Shown here piece after piece: positions 13,478-25,000 of a stretch of 64,000 nucleotides of DNA (within the stretch, counting starts at the first letter, position 1; every line of letters starts with the position of its first letter). The notes under the pieces are model-generated. The model saw only the letters and a list, made by a program, of their open reading frames with translations, was not told the DNA's origin and did not search any database. Source of the DNA: Balanoglossus misakiensis (taxonomy: Eukaryota; Animalia; Hemichordata); NCBI GenBank assembly GCA_040954595.2, contig CM082576.2, positions 5,616,760 through 5,680,759 of the forward strand, written 5' to 3'. The translations under genes and the position numbers were made by a program.

Positions 13478-16335
13478 CGAAAACGCGGACCCCATGATCA
13501 TTACGCGCCTTTTACACATTGATTTGTTGATATTACCAAGGACGTAATGATATGACGACATATTACCAACAACTGTATAATACGAGATATGACTAAAGTT
13601 GGTCCAAGTACAACCTATACCACAGTCACTCAGCTCCACACCGTGGCTATGCGAAGGTACATATTTCTCAATCACAATCGACATCGCGGCCACTAATTGA
13701 CTTTCGAGACCACCCTGGATATTAAATGGCCTATAAATTCATGTTTCCTCTTTACAATGTAAAGTGATGCGGTTTATTAGGTTTTCTTTCATTTCACTGT
13801 TCTCCTTGTCTGTGCTCTACACGACGACAGGCCGTCGGTATGTCTGTACATTTGTAAAGTCCACAATGTGTTACCAATAAATTTGTATGATAATGCCATT
13901 TATTTGTTTATGCCAGGGATTGTGGCTTTGAGAACAGGAAGCAAAGTCTACACGTAAGGTTATGTCATAAAACCCGCTATTTTGTGCAAAGCTCGGGCCC
14001 ATCGTCTATGCAGTCTCACGTCAACACGTGTCGTTGGCTCGACCACAGTCTCCCTAACGAGAAAAGACCTTGACTTTATTCGAGCTGAGACATAATTTCC
14101 CAATTAACTCAATATCAAAGACACCCCACACTTATTGAGACTTTCGGGAGTATACATATGAGTTCAATACATATATACCGGTCATAAAGATTTTTTAAGT
14201 TGCGAGACTTGCGTTCAGTACAGTACGCGCACATACCATCGTTCTTTATTTAATTATCTGCCGGTCGGGTGATGTTTGAAGGGAATAGATTACGTATAAG
14301 CTTTTGCATGACATAAAATACAGAGAGATACTTATATGTCGCAAGACACCTTGAACCACCGAAAGCAAATACCTGCATGCTACAATTTTTTAATACATGT
14401 ACAACCTTCGCACGCCGGCCACATTCACACACTGTCCTTTTCCATCAAACTCTCGTTGAGGGCGCTCGAATTAAGCCAACTAAAGAAACTTCGGGCACAG
14501 ACTACATCTACCGTCTGTGCTCCTCTGCTCTTGTCACCAGAACAGCCCAAACATAATGAATGTAAAGATGGAGCCTCAACAGATCAATGTAATCAGATTG
14601 GCACCTGTTAAGCCCGTCTGGTATGTTGATCACATCACTAAGTTATATGCCTATGGCCTACCTAAGCAGAAAAGGTTGTCTATAACATAGATGAAAAGAA
14701 GACAGTTAAACTACTTTGATTCACTTTTATTTTGACAACACTTATGACAACAATCAATATGCAACCACTATACAATCAGTCAACCAAACAGGACTTGGTT
14801 GCACACATGACACCATTTACAACAGTTTCTAATTATGTTGTCAAAAGGCTAATGCTTTACATATAAAATTGTACAATCTCTGTTCTATTCTCTACCATAT
14901 AAAATCATACAGAGAACAGAAAGGAAAAACAATTCTGAAATTATTAAAACAGACAAATTGGAAAACAACTGTCAAATTATTTTACAATAACTCATAAAAA
15001 TTAGATGAGGAAGATGCAGGTGAAATATTTCTTTGGCAATTTTTATTAAAGGCTCCCAATATCTTGTCCATCTGAGACTGAATGTAAATTGGTTTCAAAA
15101 TAACAATAAAGATGGCCGTACGTCAACCCCTAAAGAAATTCCTCATGTGCAAATGAAATACTAGATACCGGTAATACTCCAGGATTTCATTTTATTAAAG
15201 AAAATTAGCATTTCAGAATTAATGAGAAAAACAGAAAAGTGATAAACATTTCTTCAGTGGTCTTTGTTTACCATCTCTTCTCTGTATGTATTGCAACCAT
15301 AGATCCGTGTTGATCCAGGGTCTATATTGCATCTTACTGTTGAATAATTGAAAAATTGTTATCCCCCCCCCCCCCCCAGCTGTATTTGCTACAACTTGCA
15401 TGATTTGCTGGGTACATGATCTGTCATTAATATAGACTTTTCATAGTTTTTATTTTTAAATCAAATTTCCTTTTTCTGTTCATGATTTGTTGTCACCATA
15501 GGGACACATGTGAAAAAAGCAAATAGCCCCAAGTTTTGTTACTCCTGATATTTCATATTTTGAAATTTCAATTTTTAAAATTCAAAATCTACCAGTAGTT
15601 AGTTGAAGTGAAGGCACTTTGCAGTTACTTTTTTAAAAGTCATCTAAGTGCTGCAACTGTGACGTTTACTTGTGTCATTATCAAGTGAACAGTTCCAGTA
15701 TCACAATACATAGGTGATCAGACTTGTGAAATTATCGAGAAAATTGACTAGTCAATTAAAAAAAATTTACTCGCCACCTGCTTTTGCGAAAAGTTTTTCT
15801 TATTCACAAACAAAAGCCTGAAAGTGGTAGACCTCTGAAGTCCATGCATGGTTACCCTTAAAAAACAATACTTTAGAAACAAGTACAAATTCCACTCTAT
15901 GGAGGAATTCTACAACTTGACATGAATAAGTACCAAAACATCACTTTAAAAGGTCGTTTCTACACACACAATGGAAGTGTTACAAAGTTACATGGAATGT
16001 TTTCCCTATATAACAAAATTGCAAACATTTACATTGCATTTGCTAATACTAGTACATTACTAATACTTTGGCTTTTCCAAAGTGTCAAATTATTCTACAA
16101 TTCACACATTCATATTATCAAGTCATGTTTAAAGAGACAACATCATAAATTTTCACAATTACTTCTAGAAGATATACTGGCAAGAAATAAATACTTTATC
16201 TTTTTGTGTGCGTAGAAGTTGCCATTGTGATTTATATGTTAAGTTTATAATTGCGTCTACAAAATTTTCTTGGTTAACAAACAAATGATCTGAAGCCCCA
16301 ACACACTGGATGGTTTGAGGAAGTGAAGACCATGC

Positions 16336-18729
16336 CTAAGTGAACATTGCGATGCCGCAGAAATGGTGAATGATTGGAATCAGCAAAACGGCATTGACCG
16401 CTATTGCTATGTAGGTGAAGAACACTCGCGGCATTTCCACAACCACCTGCTCGGTTGACCTGGCCTCATCTAACGGCATTCCAAGCACAAAAGCGACCAA
16501 GTAGTACATGACGGGTTTCATGACCGACTTCGTGGCAAGGATGACTACAACACCGATGGCGGTCCTCAACAGCATGAAGACAAACCAGGACAGATCGGGA
16601 GGGGTTATCTCAAGCAGCAGGGGCCCGGTGGGATCTGTGGATGGAAGGAGGGCATAGTGGACGCCCACCCACTTCCCGATGAATGTACCGGAGCCCACAC
16701 CGGCGACCAGCGTGGAGATGTACCTGGCGTCACTCCACAAGTCGAGGGTTGGGTAGATGACGGTCATGGTGATACCGACTACCAAGGACGTAATCAATCC
16801 ATATTCGTGATGCGACAGGAACTCGTCGATGATATTGGCATACGGCAGAACAAGAAGTGTTATGGTGACGGCGGCGATAGTACCAACAATAACATCCTGA
16901 AAAAGTCAATTACACGGTCTCAGACATGAAGAAAACCCACTTCTTCAACAACACATCTTGCAGAAGTATAGAGAAATTGTCTGACAAATTAAGTTTTGTT
17001 CTGCTTCAGTGTCTGCAAGAGTATGGGCCTCAAACTGATGATTGGTGGAACTTCTTCTATATGAATACCTGAAGACGACTCACCGATACATTGTGCATCC
17101 CTAAATAGAAGCGGCTTCCACATGTCAGGAAATATGTTAGACACATTATAGCAACTGCAGCACCAAGTGGAAACTGAAATAGACAGAAGGAATGTCAGTT
17201 TTTATTTTCATGCATGCAAATGTAATACTAGTAATGCATATATTTTATTATTTCAAGGGGGGATGAAGAGCGCCCTCCAGTGACAACTGAATTGTGCATC
17301 ACACAGGGGTAATGTACTACCTGGGTCCACAATGCACTTTATCTAGAGATTATCTGGGCCACAAGTGTCTTCTTCCCTATATCTAGTCTACCATCATCAT
17401 CTTGACTGCAAATCTAATCACCCGAAAAAGTGCAAAGTCTTTCCAACAGGTGATGGTGATATCACATTGGCACAATACCCATTTCAATAGTTGCAAAGTG
17501 ATGTAACGTACAATGACGCACACACTTGCTACCAGGTGTCAAAGGTTGACATAATTACGCAACATAAAAGTTTTGCAAATGGGGTGATCATCACGATCAT
17601 GATGATGTAGACGTTGAGTAAAAAAAATACAAGTACAGTAGACAGGTTTTCAGCTGCATGTATTGATTGTCATGCGCGTGCGGTCAAGGTTGGGCATGGC
17701 GTTAACTGCGACGACTGCGGCTATTATCTGGGCCATCATTGACACACAACTGTTACATTGTCAAATTCGAAACTTTAATGGCCATACCACAGTGTGCACG
17801 TCCATGCATGGCTAGACTTTGAATTTTCAATGGCTTTACCCTACCGCTCATAGTAATATATAAATCAACTACCTCGACGACATAAAGTCTAATAGTTTTA
17901 TATACTAGTAATTCAAATTTAGGTTGGATGTACTGAGATATGCTAAAATTCCATTCTCTTCAACAATATACTGTCAGTTGTGTTACGTCACTGATTCGCC
18001 AATCCTATTCTTGCATCTCACCTGATATCGCTGCATTGTAAAAAATAGCATTGTTCCGGGTATGCAAACGGCCATCATTGCGTGTGTGGACGGCATTCCG
18101 TGCTCCTTCCCGTACAGGGATTCCAATTTCGCCACAGGTGGGGAGCTGGGTCGTGGCAATTTGAAAACGTCTTTGGAACTTTGGCCGATGTACATGACAA
18201 CAGCGAAGACGATTATAACTCGTCTGGTGACCCATTCAGACATATTCCACCAACACCAAGGCAAGAACATACTAAGGAAAAGCTCATTTCCGATCATACC
18301 CCCCAAATGAAATAAATAAAACCATAATTTCGATTTCACTTTGTACTTCACGTTTCCAAGTAATGGTTGTGCGGTGTTGCCACAATTCAACTTGAGGGGC
18401 GTGTTTTCTTTAAGGTCTTCTTCGCTGTTAAGCGTTTCCGCTGCGGTCATGTCCAGGTTTTCAACTCGCAGCTCCGAATCATTTTGTTTCGATCTTGAAC
18501 GCAAATTATACCTCCGCTGCCCTTTACTGGCGCGCTGATTAACGGCGCTGTCAATAACACCATTGTAATTCGAATCCTTCACAGCTTGGATGCCGCCATT
18601 TTCCTTCTTGGCCATACAACTTTCACTCTCAGTCTCGCGATCCAGGTCGATGTCGGTTTCCACTCCAAAATACCGCTGTATCCTGGCTACAGTGTACGAG
18701 CTTGTCGTAAATTCGATCATCCGATCCAT
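16336..18729 (-). CDS. SGPP: Sphingosine-1-phosphate phosphatase, paralog 3 (3 exons)
   Basis: Exons 18729-18022, 17173-17084 (FPLGAAVAIMCLTYFLTCGSRFYLGMHNVS) and 16896-16336. Same exon structure as paralog 2; KDVFKLPRP / PSTH / C3 motifs present. Confidence 0.92.
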
Positions 18730-19963
18730 GATTATCACAATAGCCGCTGTTTTCCCTTACCGTATTTCAGCCGGGTGACCGAGGAAGCAGTTAGGTATGT
18801 CCCATGTGCTTTTATACTGATTTACTATCGAAAGCATCGGGCGATCTCATGTTGATTGCTTAGTGACAGCCCGACCATAATCTGTAATTGGCTGAAGCTA
18901 ATATCACGTGATACCTGAACATTGTGGAGAGCATAAGTAGCTGACAGTGAAAAGACGCATGTTATTGCCACCCTGAGACCCGCCCCTAATAATGTCAACT
19001 CCTGTCGAAATCGTGAAATTTAATTTACCTGATAAAATATACGAAAATCCATCAAGCTTATTAACAATGCATTAACAATTTACCGACCCGAAACTAATTT
19101 GAGCAGCTTTAAATTCCATGTATTATCCTAACCTTTGCACAACGTTTATTTGTGGCGGAATGGGGAAGCAACTTTGTAACATTTTACTTCATTTTCTAAA
19201 AAAGTAACAAAGAACAATGTTAATCAGTGCGTCGCCTCCTAATGGAGGACACCGTTTTCATTGTGTCATCATTACGTTTAGTGCTGTCGGTTTTTGTTAT
19301 ATTGTAAAATCTGCACTGATACCATAAGCTTATCCGGCAATCTAAACTTCCTGAAAAGTTTCGAGTCGGTGGCTAAATTCTCGATATGTTAAAATTCACA
19401 CGGCCACAAAATACAATCAGATCTCGTCTGGGTTTTTAACATTTGGTCACATTTGATATGTTTTAACAAATTGTTGTAGTGACGACTGATGAATGATGGC
19501 ACAGACATTGACGAACAAAATAAGAACGGTGAAGAGCGCCCTCGCGTGACAATTTTTTCGATCCCCAAGACAAAGTACACTGTGGCATGTTTACACTGAC
19601 AAAATGTAAAAAAAACATCTCTCGACAGGTATTTCAATTTAAAAACAAACAAGATTTCAACAAAGCACATATTTCAATGACAACTGAGAGTATTATTTCA
19701 TGTGACACGACGTGTCTTTATTGTTTCAACCATGTATGGTACAACAATTCCTAATTGAGAACAGAAAGCATTTTAGCTGCGGCTCCACATCAAAGTGTAG
19801 CAAAACACATGAAGGTCTGCACAACCAGACACCAAACTTCCCATTGAGCCACGGTCATCTACAGGCTGGAACAGGTCACTGGGTTTCTTAACAGAGTGCT
19901 GATCAATTTCATTATCAACAACAGCAAAACTGGGCAATGTCTATGCTATAAATGCCATCACAT

Positions 19964-21124
19964 TCACTGGCAGTGGACATTGATCTGTTTTTGTATATCA
20001 TCTAAATTCTTGATAACTGATGATAACTTCTCTTCATCCATCTCAAACCTGACAACTTCGGACTCCTTTAAAGTGAAAAATAAATGAATGATATTTATGT
20101 AACTATAATTTTCTTTCCAGCCTGCAACAGATGTCTATACAAAAATATAGTACCGGTAACATGCATTGAAGAGTCTCGCTTGCAATGTGTACGAAACTGT
20201 TGGAGAGAAATGACAGATTTTAGTTCAATTTTAAAGGCAATATCCCTACCGTATTTTTGTCTTGGCCATTGGCAAGCTGTAGTTCCACAATGGCGGTTGG
20301 TGTGTGCAGTTGGTCTATATGCCTGGCTTGTGTTTTCAGATCTATACGCCAGCTTACGTTCTTTAAGGTATTGTTCCATGTTGACTGTCGGGAAAGACCA
20401 TGAACAGTGAGAAGCAAAATTTTGGGTGATAAGCACATGGGGCGTAATGAAGAGAGAAAGATACACAAGCGAATTGAACAAGTTGAGTTTCATACATACC
20501 TGGCTAACAATACTATCGTGAATTTTTGCCTTGTGATTTTTCCAGAATTTGGTGAAAACAAGTGCTTCATCTTTGCTGATACCGCCTTCTTTTTTCTTTG
20601 TATGTGATGTAAGGAATGCCTCCAACTGATTGTAATCCATGTCTGCTGACGCTATGCTCTGAAAAGCACATTTGAACAGTTTAATCAACGTTTATTGCAC
20701 AGCTATCAAACAACAAACTGACAGTCACGGTTACATGCTAGTGAAATGTCTGACACTAGTGCCAGAGGATGAAGAATCCTTTTGTTGGCTAAAATAGTAA
20801 GGAATGTCTTTATGGTAGCTCAATGTGACCATAGATTTATCAGGATTTTTGGAGTACATTGAGTTGATGTCAACCGATCCACTTGGACGGACAACATACA
20901 CATGATCATGTAGTGGGCGTTCCCCATCGGGGAAGTACTGTCACAGTATTTACCTTCACCAAGGTTTTGCATTTTGTTAAAAGTGCCTGAAATTCGTCTT
21001 CTTGCATGCCTGGATAGAGTTCTTCCTTTAAAAAATCGTCAGTGACATCCAAATCTCCATAATATGTGTATTTTGCGATTCCGTTCAACAAACCCAGCAA
21101 ACTTCTGCTTCCCTGATCCGCCAT
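19964..21124 (-). CDS. COMMD1: COMM domain-containing protein 1 (~188 aa, 4 exons)
   Basis: Exons 21124-20954 (MADQGSRSLLGLLNGIA...), 20658-20500 (SIASADMDYNQLEAFLTS...KFWKNHKAKI), 20384-20250 (STWNNTLKNVSWRIDLK...PTAIVELQL, COMM domain) and 20065-19964 (ESEVVRFEMDE...stop). All GT-AG, phase 0. Confidence 0.93.
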
Positions 21125-21258
21125 GATGTATACATTGTCCAATAGAAGAGAACGTTACAAATTGTGATTTAGTATAGCTTGTCGGATTGGGCAAAGGAGT
21201 TAGTCGTTTGTTGGCACACTCTTCTCTCAGCTAAAACGTAGCAGACCTATTTACGACA
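21125..21258. promoter_or_regulatory. Bidirectional promoter COMMD1/COQ6
   Basis: Only 134 bp separate the divergent ATGs (21124 minus, 21259 plus). CCAAT at ~21139 and ATTGG at ~21186 lie in opposite orientations. Confidence 0.7.
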
Positions 21259-21543
21259 ATGTCGCTACACACGGGATTGAAATCATCTCTCGGATTCTTT
21301 CGATCGCAGGCGTTATTTTCAAGAAATTTATACTATGCAAGGAGTCTTTGCACTGGACAGGAAACCAAACGAAAATATGTTGGTTTTTACGACGTGACAA
21401 TAGCAGGAGGGGGAATGGTTGGAACTGCCATGGCATGTGCTCTAGGTAAATTTCCAAAGTTTGTTTTTCCACCCCAGAACAAACTGAGTTGGTAAATAAA
21501 AAGTTTATCCAAATAAGTTAAAGCCAACCAAATGATAAACTGA

Positions 21544-21620
<77 letters not shown>

Positions 21621-21622
21621 TC

Positions 21623-21655
<33 letters not shown>

Positions 21656-21666
21656 GGTGGTGGTGG

Positions 21667-21745
<79 letters not shown>

Positions 21746-21759
21746 GGTGGTGGTGGTGG

Positions 21760-21850
<91 letters not shown>

Positions 21851-21852
21851 GA

Positions 21853-21883
<31 letters not shown>

Positions 21884-21940
21884 AGTGGTGGTGGCGATGA
21901 TGATGATGATGTCAGATGATGATGATGATGATGGTGGTGG

Positions 21941-22001
<61 letters not shown>

Positions 22002-25000
22002 TTTTCTTGAAACATTTTTTCATGCGACAGCTACCCATCCAATGTTTGAAGGCAGGAAAATACTGCTCCTTGAAGCTGCCCCAGCAAAGGCAATCAGCGA
22101 CACGTTACCAGAAAACTATAGCAATAGAGTGTGCTCTCTGAATCCAGCTTCTGTTGACTTTTTGAAAGGTAATATTTCATATATTTCACTTTATACAGTT
22201 CGTAACAGCCATTCAGCTAGCTCAATCACCCGTGGCATTTGTTGTTCAAGTGAAATCTTGTGGTAGTACAATACCAGTGAGAAAGATTCTGATAGACAGA
22301 TATTACAGAAACAATGGAAAGCAAATCACCTGCTGTTTGTGGCACTGAAAGCCCACATTGTCACCTGCACAGTTTTATCATCAATGTTTGTTGTGTCCAG
22401 TTTGATCATAATTGACCTCTCAAGAATAGTTCCTTTATTTTTTTCAAATTTCTTAAACAAAACCATGTATTGCGTGGAGTAGAAATGTTTGCATTTCATC
22501 TCTGTTCATTAAATCACATTTTTGTGTAATTTTTTAACTAGATATTGGTGCTTGGCAACTCATCACTAAAATGCGAGTCAAGAGTTACAAACGGATGCAA
22601 GTTTGGGATTCGTGTTCCAATGCGTTGATCACTTTTGACAGGGAAAGTTTGTCCAAACAAATCGGCCACATTGTGGAGAATGACGTCACTGTACTTGCTT
22701 TATCAAAAGTGCTTGATTCACTGAAGGACAATAGAGTGAAACTGATGTACGGGTCCAAAGCGACTCATGTAGAATTGCCCTCTCAGAGGGACGATTTTAT
22801 CCATCCATGTGCCAAAGTGTTCCTGGAGAACGGAGATGAGATACACACACAACTTTTGGTGGCCGCTGATGGGCCCAATTCTAGCATCCGAAAAATGGCA
22901 AAGATGAAGCACTCGGTGTGGAGTTATGACCAGTCTGCTGTCGTGGCAACTCTACAACTCTCAGAGGTAAAGCTTTAAAAGTTTCTTCGGAAAAGGGACC
23001 AGAATATTTTCATAAACATGTGCATCTTAAATGACCTGCAGCAGTCTTGCAATTGTTCTTTGCTTGACCAATCTGTAAATTCGTGCAACAGGTTTGTAGA
23101 GGTCTGTTTTGTTTTCAGTTAAATAAAATGTAGTGAGTTGACCTCATTTGTAATTTGAGTGTCATTCTTATATTCACTAGGTAGAGGGCGCTCTATTCAA
23201 GTACATGTATAGGCTTCAGGAAAAGTTACAACAGCTTGGAGGTTATCAAAAAGTTCTGTTGGCCATCGTTCAGATTTGTCGTGAACTAGCATTGAGACTA
23301 GACGAAAGCGATCTTATAAATATAATTTATGATGCTATGGTTTAAATATTACGCACCAAGGTCTACAAATTGTCACTATTGTATCCCACATATAAACAAT
23401 CTCAGTGCTAAATTATTCCACGTCGTGGCAGGATCATGACATTCACCTCTCATATCGTCATTCTTTCTGAATTTCCCAAAGAAGACCAGAGGGCAGCTTT
23501 GTGATTCAGTATTCGAGACATCTATGAATAAATCAAGTTATGATTTTGAGAATGATCATTTCAATGATTCAGAATTTTGAAAGAGGGAAGAATAACATTT
23601 TTGTGTTTTTTGTTTGACAGGAAACAGATAACAATGTAGCATGGCAGAGATTTCTCCCCACTGGTCCAATAGCACTGTTGCCGGTAAGCATTTCAAATTT
23701 CAAGTCACGATTTCTGTCAGTGGGCAAGTGACAGAAAAGATGAATAACTTGATTGTGGGGGGTGGGGTGGGTGATTTTTTGCTATATGTGATGCTGTTAT
23801 TGTCATTGTGTAATGATACAGCCATTCTATTAAATTGCTCTTTAATTTATTACCCTATCTCGAAATTAACTTTTCAATATAAAAAAACAAACAAGAAAGT
23901 ACTTTAGAGGTTATGGGAACACAGTACTGAAAATGGACCCCTGCTGCTGGTCTGTCAGGATAAAAAGTTGAATGAACTTTCACATTCTTATTTTCTCAGT
24001 TCTTGTTTATTGTAAGCCATCAATGCCACCATCAAATCAATTCATTGTAAATCATTTTGGTCCATGCGGAGATGACAAGCGGGCTTGGCATTTCCAACGA
24101 CAAGATCCCCCACCCAGAAAAGTCAAAGGAATATATGATTCATAGCGCTATTTACAGCATACTAAAATTCAAAGGAGGGGGTTATCATCCATTTTATTTC
24201 CTTGTGGGAGTCAATTCATCATTGTTTGAAATCTGGTTTCAATTTGGTGCTAATTTTCAGTGGCCTAGAAATGCCTGTGTTTGATCTGGGTCAGTGAAAC
24301 TTTTGTATAAGCTGTTTGATCGTTCCATTCACATGATTGGGCAAGTTTTGTACGTGGATGAACGCTCCACAAACTTATAAGTTGAATGCAAATGAGAAGC
24401 TCCTAATATGGTATATCATTAATGATGCTTGTATAGTATAATTGGTATGCAAATGACATTTCCCTTATATGGTACAGATCAGTTTGGTATTGCCCGCCCC
24501 CACAGCGCAGTGATTCCATGAACATGGCCTACCCAGATAAAGATGACTCTGGGGAGTGTCGTACGTGCTGTTCTGTTGAAATTTTGCAAATGTATCTTTG
24601 AACTCATGTAGTATTTTTAGAAACCTGAAAAGTATCTTTGCAGGTTTTAGTGATGAACTTTAGTCCTTTTCCCAAGAAATGCTCATCACTTGAATCGAAC
24701 AAAAAAGTTTTAGAAAAACCAGATGGTCAGAAGTAAATACATTTTTCTTGTGGTGTGACTTCAGATTGGTTCTGGGTTTCTCATCCACAGTTGCTATGAC
24801 AGTAAACATGTTGCCAATTTTAATATTGCCAACAACTCCTATTTGTCTTGCCAGTGAATCTGCTCCTTGGTTGAGGTTGGGTTGGTAACACCATCTCGAG
24901 TCTAAGCTCACATTGAACCATTAAGATATAATGTTGTATGCCAGTGTCCAACCAAGAATGGTTCAGAATTAGCGTAATGGGCTTTGTCTGAACACATCTG

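Noticed and set aside
20095-20688. 197-aa ORF as a separate gene
   Set aside because: It is COMMD1 exon 2 read through into intron; the real exon 3 is in another frame.
21505-22266. Poly-His/Ser/Pro, poly-Ile/Thr and poly-Met/Val/Asp ORFs
   Set aside because: Artefacts of translating the (GAT)n/(GGT)n microsatellite in COQ6 intron 1; only 22031-22168 is a real exon.
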